Source: Candidatus Poribacteria bacterium (GTDB taxonomy: Bacteria > Poribacteria > WGA-4E > PCPOR2b). Taken from it: 64,000 bases of DNA. Of the stretch, positions 39,789-49,229 are shown piece after piece (the first letter of the stretch is position 1; the number at the start of each line of letters is the position of its first letter). Where the stretch lies: the NCBI GenBank assembly GCA_965208325.1, contig OZ242326.1:2208001-2272000 (forward strand). Direction: 5' to 3'. Both the position numbers and the translations under genes were made by a program. The notes beneath the pieces are model-generated. The model was given only the letters and a program-made list of their open reading frames with translations. It ran no database searches and was not told where the DNA came from.

Positions 39789-41156
39789 TTACTCTACAAC
39801 GTATTCTAGTACGTTAAATTGGACGGTTTCACGGGGTAACAGCGTGGTATAAAGCCCGATGACTTCCTCTGGCCCCGCTTGGTAATCGAGCCGCAGTCCC
39901 TGGCTTACACCCGCCGGCCCATTTAGCGCGAGAGACTCAACATCATGCAACACTTCCCACGCCTGATCTTGAGTGTCGAAATAACCGCTCACTCTCAGTT
40001 CCACTTCTTTCACTGCGGACAAATCTACATCAGACCATGGAAAGAGTGCGTTAACACCAACAAAATCGAACCGCAATGCAGCGCTATCAATGCCGTGGAC
40101 GCGGGTTGCCCGCTTGGCAATCGTATCGGCGGCTAACCGCGCTCTGGCATACGCCCCGGTTCCGCCATAGTACGCCCGGCTAACTGCCACAAAGTTCTCG
40201 CGTACACCGAGCAGCACTTTTACTGTTGATGGTCGAGGATGCCCTTTCGTTCCGGTTACGCTGACTCGATCGGTGCCAACTTGCTTAATCTCCGTGCTGG
40301 TGAAATCGACCACGCCATCGTTATGAATGTAGTTGCTTGGATCATGGAGTTCGTAAAGGAGTTGCTCTTTGACGGTCCGCTCGGATACTACCCCGCCTGT
40401 ATTTGGAACCTTGGTGATAATCGCGTCTCCGTTTGAGTACACCTCAGCGATAGGCATTCCAATGTTGTCCAAACCCGATACATCCTTCATTCCGGGATCT
40501 GCATGATATCCGCCCGAGAGCTGTGCACCGCACTCCATCAGGTGTCCAATGCCTAGCCCGCTCGCCAGCAAATCCCAGTCATCCATCTGCCAGTCCAATT
40601 CAAATATCAAAGGCGCAAGAAATTGAGTGGAATCACCGGCTCTGCTAGTAATCACAATATCCGCGCCGCGCCGCAGCCCTTCAACAATCAGGGGTGCACC
40701 CTGGTAAGCGATAGCGGCTACCAGCCTATCCCCGAAAGTGGAGACCGGCTCGCCCGTCTCGGAGGTTACCGGATCTATTTCATTGATAAGCGCGGCGCTG
40801 CTATCCGGCTGCGTATAGGCGACTTTGATACCTTTAATGTTCAATTCCTCGCAGATTTTGGCTGTTAAATTAACTGCACCTTTTACATCTGCGCTCCCAC
40901 CATTATGGATGATTTTAACACCATTCTTGATGCATGCCGGAAGTACAGTTCGCAAGGTTCTACCAAGCGTGACATCGTATCCGACATCGCCCTTTGCCTT
41001 TCGCAGTGCGGATTCGGAATAGGCTTTTTCCGATTGAGCGTCAAAAATTAGATAATCAATCCCGCCATTCTCCGCGAGATTGAGTGCGGCGTCTATGCGG
41101 TCGCCGCCGGCGCCGGATCCGCTTCCCAGCCGAATTGATGATTTTCGTGTATTTAT
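39789..41156 (-). CDS. Acyclic terpene utilization AtuA family protein (DUF1446)
   Basis: IRLGSGSG..GDR, IDYLIFD, GADIVITSR, GHLMECGAQLSGG, VKEQLLYELHDPSNY. Start uncertain (see finding on ATA). Confidence 0.88.
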   Translation of the reverse strand: MNTRKSSIRLGSGSGAGGDRIDAALNLAENGGIDYLIFDAQSEKAYSESALRKAKGDVGYDVTLGRTLRTVLPACIKNGVKIIHNGGSADVKGAVNLTAKICEELNIKGIKVAYTQPDSSAALINEIDPVTSETGEPVSTFGDRLVAAIAYQGAPLIVEGLRRGADIVITSRAGDSTQFLAPLIFELDWQMDDWDLLASGLGIGHLMECGAQLSGGYHADPGMKDVSGLDNIGMPIAEVYSNGDAIITKVPNTGGVVSERTVKEQLLYELHDPSNYIHNDGVVDFTSTEIKQVGTDRVSVTGTKGHPRPSTVKVLLGVRENFVAVSRAYYGGTGAYARARLAADTIAKRATRVHGIDSAALRFDFVGVNALFPWSDVDLSAVKEVELRVSGYFDTQDQAWEVLHDVESLALNGPAGVSQGLRLDYQAGPEEVIGLYTTLLPRETVQFNVLEYVVE

Positions 41157-41215
41157 TGTCTTACCCTCCTCAGCAGCGTTAATTTTGTAGACCGAAACTA
41201 TTCGGCAAGTTATCT

Positions 41216-43159
41216 CTACTCCCACCACCTGACGGGGTGCCAGCCCATATTATAGGTCATGATTTTGAATGCTGCGTTCATGATGCTCCAAATACCGCCC
41301 ATAGCGTAATCTCCCAATATCAGACCGGCAAAGAACGGGATGGCTTTTCGATACGCCCGCAAGCCGCCGTACCGAAGAATTGTGAATTTTAAGCACCAAC
41401 TAATCAACACCGGCACCCAAATATAAATCATCTCTGCCGGACTCACTCCTAATACAAAACCAACCGGGTGGAACGGCCACCATAGAAAGCGCATCTTCAT
41501 GGCTAATAGAAACCCCGTGATTGCCGCACCGAGTCCCATAAAACCGATTGTCGTGTAATCCGTTGTTTTTTGAAAGGTCAGCCACAGTTGGAGACGTTGT
41601 GTAAAGCTTTCTCTGCCCATGCCCCCGATTTCCGACTGATTCTCAACGCCGAAGTGGTATGAAAGCCCAAAATAAATCACAAAGGTTGCCGGAATACCGA
41701 CGGCAAAGGCAAGAATCATCGCCCATGTCAGCCTTCGGCGATTGATATTCGCGTTTTCACCGATTCGAAAAGCTTCCAGTTGGTTCGGCATCGGATGACC
41801 GGGCTGGTCTCGATTCAATCCAAAAAAGAACGAAAGAACCGTCAGGTTTCGGGCGCCAAAGGCGCGTGTTCCCAGGGAGGTTACCATTGTGCGCCCCGGA
41901 TCCAACCAAAGCAGTTCATGCACCGGCAATCCCAGTCCGCTCCGCATCTTGGTTATCCCTAGCGCGGCGCAGCAGTACAGCGTTAAAAACAGAAGGATAA
42001 CCCACAGAGACAGCCCAGCGTTGTAAGCGAAAACGAGCAGAAAAATCACGCCCGCGAGGATGCCCAGCATTGCGGCACGGTACGACATCGGCTCCGCCGC
42101 CTCATCTATTCCTCCCTTTCCGGTGAATATCTGCGTAAAAACGCGCTTGAGATGTCTCCGTCCAACCCACAGCGCTAGAAGCCCCAAGCCAATCCACGCT
42201 CCCTGAGCCTGCTCGTCGAGATAAAGTTCACGCCATCCCATTGTAGCGCCCAGCGACAATTGCGTCATTTTCTTGAAAAAGTAAAAGAACCATGCCGAAA
42301 AGGCGAGATCCAGCGGCATAAAATAGGAGAGCCCAATGACAAACGGCTGGAAAGAGATGCGGGTGCCGTGCATGTAACTCCACGGCTTTTCCTGAAAATG
42401 ATACTGCGTCCACCCGACCGGTATATAAGGGACGAAAGGATAGAAAGCCTTCAATCCGTTAAAAAGGCTAATCCCTGCCGCGATTCCAAATCCGACCCAC
42501 ATCAAACGATTCTTCAGAAATCCAACCGGATCCCGCCCCATCTCCAGCGGCAACCAGGTAATCGGGTACGTAAGCCGTTCATGTTCGGAGAACTGCCGCT
42601 TGATTATCGCGTTGATACAGATGAGAATGAAGCAGAGGACAAACAGAAAGGCAGACCAGTAAAACAGCGGTCCAATCCAAGCCTTGATGTGGTGTAAGGT
42701 GAAAAACGTGTCTTCACCAAGAAAAAAGCCTCGCAGGTCATCCTCGTTTTCGACGGTGAACCAGCCCGGGATATAATGCCAGAAGAGATTACGCCAGTCG
42801 TTTTCCGCTGTGGCGTACCAGTAGGGGTGAGCAATGGGACCGAGCAGTCGAGTCATACGATGTCCTGATATGGTCGACACCATGACGACCATGACATAGA
42901 TGACCAACAAGTCGGTGTTTTTGAATGCGGCTTTACCAACAATCTTTTTGCACAGGAGGTTCAGCAATATCAGCACAAACAGCGTAAATACCGCATTGCT
43001 GAACAGCGACATGTACGTGTGATTTAGACCTTTAAGGTAGTCATTGGCTGAAATCCAGTAGGAATTGACGACCACCAAAATCACGCCGATTGCCAGTGCG
43101 CTCAGGGATATTCCACTCGGCGGTTGACTTCTGGTTCGCGGCAAATTTTCCAAAAACAA
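41216..43159 (-). CDS. Polytopic membrane protein, DUF6785/DUF6784-like putative transporter
   Basis: Many TM helices; QFSEHERLTYP, LDLAFSAWFF, PMPNQLEAF, FLWWPFHPVG, RYGGLRAYRKAIPFFAGLILGD. Confidence 0.75.
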   Translation of the reverse strand: MFLENLPRTRSQPPSGISLSALAIGVILVVVNSYWISANDYLKGLNHTYMSLFSNAVFTLFVLILLNLLCKKIVGKAAFKNTDLLVIYVMVVMVSTISGHRMTRLLGPIAHPYWYATAENDWRNLFWHYIPGWFTVENEDDLRGFFLGEDTFFTLHHIKAWIGPLFYWSAFLFVLCFILICINAIIKRQFSEHERLTYPITWLPLEMGRDPVGFLKNRLMWVGFGIAAGISLFNGLKAFYPFVPYIPVGWTQYHFQEKPWSYMHGTRISFQPFVIGLSYFMPLDLAFSAWFFYFFKKMTQLSLGATMGWRELYLDEQAQGAWIGLGLLALWVGRRHLKRVFTQIFTGKGGIDEAAEPMSYRAAMLGILAGVIFLLVFAYNAGLSLWVILLFLTLYCCAALGITKMRSGLGLPVHELLWLDPGRTMVTSLGTRAFGARNLTVLSFFFGLNRDQPGHPMPNQLEAFRIGENANINRRRLTWAMILAFAVGIPATFVIYFGLSYHFGVENQSEIGGMGRESFTQRLQLWLTFQKTTDYTTIGFMGLGAAITGFLLAMKMRFLWWPFHPVGFVLGVSPAEMIYIWVPVLISWCLKFTILRYGGLRAYRKAIPFFAGLILGDYAMGGIWSIMNAAFKIMTYNMGWHPVRWWE

Positions 43160-43225
43160 TTCCTCGCTTTAACACGTGCAAACTATCGCTAAATCCGTGT
43201 ATGATTGTTCCGCACTCTAGAATAC

Positions 43226-43255
43226 ATTATAAATCTATCTGATATTGGTTGTCAA
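43226..43255 (-). promoter_or_regulatory. Sigma70 promoter for the transporter-atuA operon
   Basis: Minus strand TTGACA, 18 nt spacer, TATAAT. Confidence 0.7.
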
Positions 43256-43452
43256 CACACTCAACGCACAGCGTTTTCAGTTGAAACCTAGAAATTCTTG
43301 GGACACTTTTTGCGTTGAGACAAGAAACTTACTCCGGTAATCTGAGTTTGTGAATACAGTTTTGAAAACACTAAAGTTCAACTAAACAGCAGGGCAGTAA
43401 TTTGCTAAATTAACGCGTCCCATATCTACGCTTCTATATCTAGTTTTTTCTG

Positions 43453-43481
43453 TTGACATCTCCAATGTTTTTGATTAAGAT
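43453..43481 (+). promoter_or_regulatory. Sigma70 promoter for the molybdoenzyme operon
   Basis: TTGACA, 17 nt spacer, TAAGAT. Confidence 0.65.
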
Positions 43482-43596
43482 AAAGCGAGTGACCAACAAG
43501 TACCGTAAAATGTGCAGCCCCGGTCAATGATCGGGATACAACTGCGCTCACCAAGTTCCATTTGTGAACCATCTATCTTGAAAGGAGATTGATGCC

Positions 43597-44472
43597 TTGC
43601 GAGCGTTTGACTATATACCCGCAAAAACCGTTGATGAGGCAGTGGCTTTGCTCGCGGAAAAGGGAGATCAGGCGAAACCGTTGAGCGGCGGTACCGATCT
43701 CATTGTTATGGTTAGGGAAGGCAGGCGGCAGTTGGATTTGATGGTAGATGTCAAAGACATCCCCGAAACCAATGTGCTTTCGTATTCCCAAGAAACCGGC
43801 TTACATCTCGGCGCGGCTGTGCCCTGCTATCAAATCTACGCGGATGATGAAATTTCCGCTGCTTATCCGGGGCTTGCAGACGCTGCCAAGATTATCGGAG
43901 GCACCGCAATTCAAGGCAGAGCGAGTGTCGGCGGCAATTTGTGCAACGCCTCACCCGCTGCGGATACGATACCACCGCTAATTGTGCTAGAAGCCGTCTG
44001 CGTCATTGCGGGTCCAAACGGGACGCGCGAAGTCCCAGCAGAGCAATTTTGCACAGGACCGGGGCAAACCGTCTTGGAAAATGGAGAATTTCTCGTATCG
44101 TTTAATATTCCCCCACCCAAGCATAATTCAAGCTCTTATTATCTTCGATTTATCCCGCGAAATGAAATGGACATCGCAGTGGTGGGCGCGGGCGCATCAG
44201 TCGTCTTGGACACGGAAAAAACGTCGTTCGTCTCAGCTCGAATCGGACTCGCTGCGGTCGCTCCAACGCCACTGTACGCCGAGGAAGCCAGTGCGTCGCT
44301 TGCCGGCAGGGAAGTGTCCGACGAAGCGGTCAATGCAGCAGCTGAAGCGGCGCGCCACATCGCCCGACCAATCAGCGACATGCGCGGAACGATTGAACAG
44401 CGGGTTCACCTCGTTGAAGTGCTGACACGCCGCGCCTTAAATGGTGCAATTCAAAGAGTGAAGGAGTCGTGA
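43597..44472 (+). CDS. Xanthine dehydrogenase family FAD-binding subunit (CoxM-like)
   Basis: LSGGTDL, ASVGGNLCNASPAAD, PISDMRGT. Confidence 0.93.
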   Translation: MRAFDYIPAKTVDEAVALLAEKGDQAKPLSGGTDLIVMVREGRRQLDLMVDVKDIPETNVLSYSQETGLHLGAAVPCYQIYADDEISAAYPGLADAAKIIGGTAIQGRASVGGNLCNASPAADTIPPLIVLEAVCVIAGPNGTREVPAEQFCTGPGQTVLENGEFLVSFNIPPPKHNSSSYYLRFIPRNEMDIAVVGAGASVVLDTEKTSFVSARIGLAAVAPTPLYAEEASASLAGREVSDEAVNAAAEAARHIARPISDMRGTIEQRVHLVEVLTRRALNGAIQRVKES

Positions 44473-44478
44473 AAATAG

Positions 44479-44967
44479 ATGCCGAAAAAAGTACATGTTC
44501 AAACGACAATTAACGGCGAAACTGTTGAATTTCTGTGTGAGCCTCGCCAGAGCCTGCTTGAAGTCCTTCGAGATGAACTCGGAATGACCGGCGCCAAAGA
44601 AGGTTGCAACAACGGAAACTGCGGCGCATGCAGCGTAATTCTTGACGGACGGCTGGTCAATTCCTGTATTGTGCTTGGCGTTGAAACTGAAGGGAAAACG
44701 GTGGAAACCGTTGAGGGTCTCGCCGAGCCGGGAAAACTCCATCCGATACAGGAGATTTTCTTGGAAGATGCGGCACTTCAGTGCGGTATCTGCACGCCCG
44801 GCTTTATCGTAGCAACAAAGGCACTGCTGGACAAAAATCCCAACCCAACTGAGTACGAAGTCCGTTACTGGCTGGCAGGCAATCTATGCCGTTGTACCGG
44901 CTACGATAAGATTGTCCGCGCCGTGCTCGATTCGGCTCAAATTATGTCTTCGGAGGTAGGTGCATAA
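44479..44967 (+). CDS. Xanthine dehydrogenase family (2Fe-2S) subunit (CoxS-like)
   Basis: GCNNGNCGAC...NSC, QCGICTPG, GNLCRCTGY. Confidence 0.95.
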   Translation: MPKKVHVQTTINGETVEFLCEPRQSLLEVLRDELGMTGAKEGCNNGNCGACSVILDGRLVNSCIVLGVETEGKTVETVEGLAEPGKLHPIQEIFLEDAALQCGICTPGFIVATKALLDKNPNPTEYEVRYWLAGNLCRCTGYDKIVRAVLDSAQIMSSEVGA

Positions 44968-47222
44968 TGTCAGAGAAGAAAGAATATAAAGTCATCGGCA
45001 CCCGTCCTATCCGGCATGATGGTGTCGACAAGGTGACAGGCCGCGCCCTCTACGGCGCAGATTTCCAAACTACCGGGCTGCTGCACGGCAAGGTTTTGCG
45101 CAGTCCCCACGCCCATGCCCGCATTAAATCCATTGACACTAGCCGCGCTGAAGCCCATCCCGATGTGAAAGCGGTCGTGACCGCGGCGGACCTCCCTACA
45201 GCAGCGGACAAAATCGCCGATCTCGGTGAAAGTGCAGTCAATCTGAAATATCTGTGCGACAATATTCTTGCGAGCGACAAAGCCCTATACACAGGGCATG
45301 CAGTCGCTGCACTCGCGGCGAGCGACCCTCATACGGCTGAAGAAGCGCTTGAACTCATTGATGTCGAGTACGAGGTGTTACCGCCGGTGCTTGAAGTGCG
45401 GGAAGCGATGGAAGACGATGCGCCGCTGCTGCATGAAAATCTGAAAACCGACGCGATGGGAGAAAAGTCTGAAGAGTCGAGTAATGTCGCGAGTCATTTC
45501 CAACACAAAAAGGGCGACATTGACACGGGCTTTGCGGAAGCGGACGTTGTCATCGAACACGATTTTGTTACCGGCACCGTGCATCAAGGCTATATCGAAC
45601 CTCACAACGCAACCGCACTGTACAACCCCGACGGGCAACTCACCATCTGGTGCAGCACGCAAGGCGCATTTGCCGTGCGTCAACAAGTATCGGAAATCCT
45701 CCAGATTCCGGTTTCCAAGGTTAAGGTGGTGCCGATGGAGATTGGCGGCGGGTTCGGCGGGAAGATTAGTGTTTATCTTGAGCCGGTTGCCGCGCTGCTT
45801 TCCAAGAAATCGGGCCGTCCAGTCAAAGTCTTGATGAACCGCGCAGAAGTTTTTGAAGCCACGGGACCGACCCCTGCATCTTACATCCGAGTAAAGATGG
45901 GCGTCACTAATGATGGGCGAATCACCGCAGCAGAGGGCTACTTGGCGTTTGAAGCCGGCGCTTACCCGGGTTCACCCGTTGGCGCGGGAGCCATGTGTAT
46001 CTTCTCCCCTTACAATATCCCAAATGGGCTGATTGATGGGTATGATGTAGTCGTCAATAAACCGAAATCTAACGCGTACCGCGCGCCCGGCGCGACAAAT
46101 GCCGAGTTTGCTGCCGAAACCGTCGTCGATGAAATCTGCGAGAAGCTTGGCATGGATCCGCTCGAATTCCGCATCCTCAACGGAGCAGAAGAGGGAGTCA
46201 GCCGCATTGACGGCCCCGTATTCCCGCGAATCGGTTGCATCGAAGCAACTGAAGCCGCAAAGGAACATCCACACTACGAAGCGCCGCTCGAAGGGGAAAA
46301 TAGAGGGCGCGGTGTGGCGTCCGGGTTCTGGTTCAATGTCGGATTGAAGTCGAGCGTCGCAATTAACGTGAACCCCGATGGTACCATTAGCCTTGTTGAG
46401 GGTTCGACCGATATTGGCGGCACACGGGCGTCGATTGCAATGCAAGCCGCGGAGGTACTGGGAATTCCCGCCGAATCGGTCTATCCCACCGTAGTCGATA
46501 CAAATTCGGTCGGGTATACAGATGTAACCGGCGGCAGCCGAACCGCATTTGCGACGGGATACGCCGCCTATGAAGCTGCGCAGGATGTCAAGCAGCAGAT
46601 GACCGAACGCGCCGCAAAATTGTGGGAGGTCGATGCAGCGGAAGTGCAGTTCGCGGATGGCGATTTTGTATGCGTGAACGGCAAAGATGAGCGCATGAGT
46701 TTCAAGGAGTTGGCTGCGAGGCTGGATGAAGTCGGCGGTCCGGTCACCGGGCGTGCTTCCGTCGATCCGACTGGGGTTGGCGGCGCTTTTGCCACGCACA
46801 TCGTTGACGTTGAGGTCGATCCGGACACCGGCAAGGTCGAAATCCTGCGCTACACAGCGACGCAAGACGCTGGAAAAGCCGTCCATCCCAGTTATGTCGA
46901 AGGGCAGATGCAAGGCGGCGTCACGCAAGGGATTGGCTGGGCGTTGAATGAGGAATATATCTACGACAAAGACGGGCGAATGTCCAACGCGAGTTTCCTC
47001 GATTACCGCATGCCAACCTGCCTAGATTTGCCGATGATTGACACGGTCATCGTTGAAGTTCCCAATCCGGGCCACCCGTACGGTGTGCGAGGCGTAGGGG
47101 AGGTTCCAATCGTTCCGCCCCCCGCTGCGATCGCCAACGCTATCTATCGCGCAATTGGTGTTCGGATGAAGGAGCTCCCAATGTCTCCCGGCCGGATACT
47201 CAAAACGATGGGCAAACTCTAA
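44967..47222 (+). CDS. Xanthine dehydrogenase family molybdopterin-binding subunit
   Basis: KVTGRALY, RSPHAHARI, IGGGFGGK, AYRAPG, EGQMQGG..QGIG, RGVGEVP. Confidence 0.95.
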   Translation: MSEKKEYKVIGTRPIRHDGVDKVTGRALYGADFQTTGLLHGKVLRSPHAHARIKSIDTSRAEAHPDVKAVVTAADLPTAADKIADLGESAVNLKYLCDNILASDKALYTGHAVAALAASDPHTAEEALELIDVEYEVLPPVLEVREAMEDDAPLLHENLKTDAMGEKSEESSNVASHFQHKKGDIDTGFAEADVVIEHDFVTGTVHQGYIEPHNATALYNPDGQLTIWCSTQGAFAVRQQVSEILQIPVSKVKVVPMEIGGGFGGKISVYLEPVAALLSKKSGRPVKVLMNRAEVFEATGPTPASYIRVKMGVTNDGRITAAEGYLAFEAGAYPGSPVGAGAMCIFSPYNIPNGLIDGYDVVVNKPKSNAYRAPGATNAEFAAETVVDEICEKLGMDPLEFRILNGAEEGVSRIDGPVFPRIGCIEATEAAKEHPHYEAPLEGENRGRGVASGFWFNVGLKSSVAINVNPDGTISLVEGSTDIGGTRASIAMQAAEVLGIPAESVYPTVVDTNSVGYTDVTGGSRTAFATGYAAYEAAQDVKQQMTERAAKLWEVDAAEVQFADGDFVCVNGKDERMSFKELAARLDEVGGPVTGRASVDPTGVGGAFATHIVDVEVDPDTGKVEILRYTATQDAGKAVHPSYVEGQMQGGVTQGIGWALNEEYIYDKDGRMSNASFLDYRMPTCLDLPMIDTVIVEVPNPGHPYGVRGVGEVPIVPPPAAIANAIYRAIGVRMKELPMSPGRILKTMGKL

Positions 47223-47301
47223 ATATTGGGTTAGTCGAAAAACCAGTGCCTGCCTCTAATTTGAGGCAATGGGGCAGGCACGCTACCAACATCATTCTCT
47301 T

Positions 47302-47421
47302 AGGACTTACGCAATAAGTTCAATAGTCCCCCTGATAAGGGGGATTTAGGGGGTTAGAAACATGGAAATAACGAGTTTTAAGTCCAATTTTTGCTTTTTC
47401 TGCTCAATTTGCGTAAGTCCT
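47302..47421. mobile_element. MITE-like element with 13-bp terminal inverted repeats
   Basis: aggacttacgcaa ... ttgcgtaagtcct (perfect); internal ccccctgataagggggatttaggggg. Confidence 0.65.
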
Positions 47422-47466
47422 TTCTCGGTATTTCCAATCCTCCCCGCATTCATGTAAGGCAATACC

Positions 47467-47772
47467 ATGCCAATCGTATCAGTCCCCTCCCTCATGCAGA
47501 ATCTCACCAACGGCGCAGACAAAGTTACCGTGGACGGCGAAACACTTCGAGAAGTGATTGATAATCTTGAAGAATCCTATCCCGGCTTCAAAGCACGTCT
47601 CTGCGACGGCAACCGGATTCGGAAAAACATCTCGCTGTACATCGACGGCACCATCTCACGGGAAGGCATGCGTCAACCCGTAAAAGCCGACACCGAAATC
47701 CACTTCCTCCCCGCCATAAGTGGTGGTTGTAGCCTAATGCCCGCCAAGGACACTGAAGTTGTTGCTGTCTAG
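47467..47772 (+). CDS. MoaD/ThiS family ubiquitin-like sulfur carrier with C-terminal extension
   Basis: V.VP..M..LT.G...V.VDG.TL.EVI..LE..YPG, IHFLPAISGG followed by 14 extra residues. Confidence 0.85.
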   Translation: MPIVSVPSLMQNLTNGADKVTVDGETLREVIDNLEESYPGFKARLCDGNRIRKNISLYIDGTISREGMRQPVKADTEIHFLPAISGGCSLMPAKDTEVVAV

Positions 47773-47840
47773 GCGCAGCGCGTTGGGGATAGTGTGTCTA
47801 TCTCCTTTTTGGCGTTAAGTTATTCAGGGGGCAATTCCTG

Positions 47841-48605
47841 ATGAAGAGGATGGTTTACTGTTCCATTGCGCTTACCGTGTTCGTGTGTGCGGTCACCATT
47901 GAAACTCCGGCTGACCTTGTTGAGGGGTTAATTGCCGCTTGGTTACTCAATGAGGGAAAAGGTTCTGTAATGAAAGATGCTGTGGGTGACCATGATGGCG
48001 AAATCGATGGCGGTGTGTGGACTGAAAACGCCAAGAACGGTAAGTCTGCCTATCGACTTACACACAAAACGCTCATTACTGTTAAGAATTCGGTGGATAT
48101 CGATAGATTAGATGATGGGTTTACAATCGCACACTGGATAAACCCCAAACAGGGCGGCGCGATTATGGATGAATCGGGGCATGACGGTTCGAGGATCCAG
48201 TGGTACATTCTCAATGACAGACGCCACCATTGGGGCATCGGCCCGGTATGGGGGATATCGGATGGCAATCCCGTTGCTGCCTTTCACACGTGGTATCACT
48301 TCGCATGGTCGCATGAACCAGATGACGCGAGCATAATCTATCGCAACGGCAAAGAAGTTGGCAGGAACCGCCTCGGGGCTGTGCCGGTGACCGGAAGGAA
48401 TATGCTCTTTGGTAACCGGTTGCCTTGGGAGGGGCGGCAAGAGTGGTTCAATGGGATATTGGACGATATCGGTTTTTGGAATCGACCGCTATCCGAAGAG
48501 GAAGTCAACGAACTCATAGAGGTGGGGCTACCTAATGTCCTTGGTGTTGCCCCACAGAGCAAATTAGCAACGACGTGGGCAACACTCAAAACTTATCTAA
48601 ATTAG
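47841..48605 (+). CDS. Secreted LamG-like jellyroll protein
   Basis: Signal peptide, GLIAAWLLNEG, FTIAHWINP, WYHFAW, FNGILDDIGFWNRPLS, tail VAPQSKLATTWATLK. Confidence 0.85.
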   Translation: MKRMVYCSIALTVFVCAVTIETPADLVEGLIAAWLLNEGKGSVMKDAVGDHDGEIDGGVWTENAKNGKSAYRLTHKTLITVKNSVDIDRLDDGFTIAHWINPKQGGAIMDESGHDGSRIQWYILNDRRHHWGIGPVWGISDGNPVAAFHTWYHFAWSHEPDDASIIYRNGKEVGRNRLGAVPVTGRNMLFGNRLPWEGRQEWFNGILDDIGFWNRPLSEEEVNELIEVGLPNVLGVAPQSKLATTWATLKTYLN

Positions 48606-48740
48606 CACATGTACTTCCTTTGCACTTACTCTCATCACCTCACAACTTTGCCGACGCGCGCCGATATATCGTAGCATCTTCTTTCTTCAAATGTGGTTAC
48701 AGTCATCCACCGGCATCAAGCGCAACGATTTGCAGTTCTT

Positions 48741-49003
48741 GTAGGTTGGGTTGAGCGAATAAACCCAAAATCGTAACAATGGCAGATGTTCGGCCGGAAC
48801 ATCCAAACGCCCTTTTACCGAAATTGATGTAGCGTAACCCAACGCTTTTCAATTCACCCAGCTATTTCTGTATGCTCAAATACTTTCGAAATAACCAAAA
48901 GCGTTGGGTTCGCTAAATCCTAACAAACTCTATACAACATCAAATCCCGATATCAATTCGGCATATTGCTTCCGTTTCACTTGCTCCGCTTAACCCAACC
49001 TAC
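48741..49003. repeat. REPIN-like element (GTAG REP doublet)
   Basis: gtaggttgggttgagcg ... aacccaacgctttt ... aaaagcgttgggtt ... cgcttaacccaacctac; alignable over its length to 54509-54772. Confidence 0.85.
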
Positions 49004-49069
49004 AAAAACTTTAATTCCTCATTGGCGTCTAGAACAGGTTAAAGCAACGCTAATTTCTATTTGCCAGAA

Positions 49070-49229
49070 GAAAAACAAAACCAAAAAAGTCATTGAATAC
49101 TTCAACTTAAGAAACCAGTCGAAGCATTTACTGAAATGTGCCAAGCGTGCGGTAGAAATCGCCATTGAGCAGGATGAACAGACCGCTATTGACTATCTGG
49201 AAAATCAAGCACAGGAGGTAATCGGATGA
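49070..49229 (+). pseudogene. 3' remnant of a restriction-modification specificity (HsdS-like) subunit
   Basis: KVIEYFNLRNQSKHLLKCAKRAVEIAIEQDEQTAIDYL resembles the C-terminal helix of S subunits. The 5' part is replaced by the repeat; the stop overlaps the next ATG. Confidence 0.55.

Noticed and set aside
45972..46928. 318-aa antisense ORF and similar shadow ORFs (e.g. 20687..21418, 8721..9341)
   Set aside because: They lie wholly opposite well-supported genes and have no recognisable motifs.
43597..47222. Aerobic CO dehydrogenase coxMSL
   Set aside because: The active-site loop is AYRAPG, not AYxCSFR (form I) or AYRGAGR (form II).
47467..47772. MoaD-like protein as a second proteasome tag
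   Set aside because: It is about 14 kb from the proteasome operon, next to a molybdoenzyme, with no E1-like gene in the window; a cofactor role is simpler.
48966..49229. 87-aa ORF as an intact gene
   Set aside because: Its start lies inside the REPIN; only the 3' part looks like real coding sequence.
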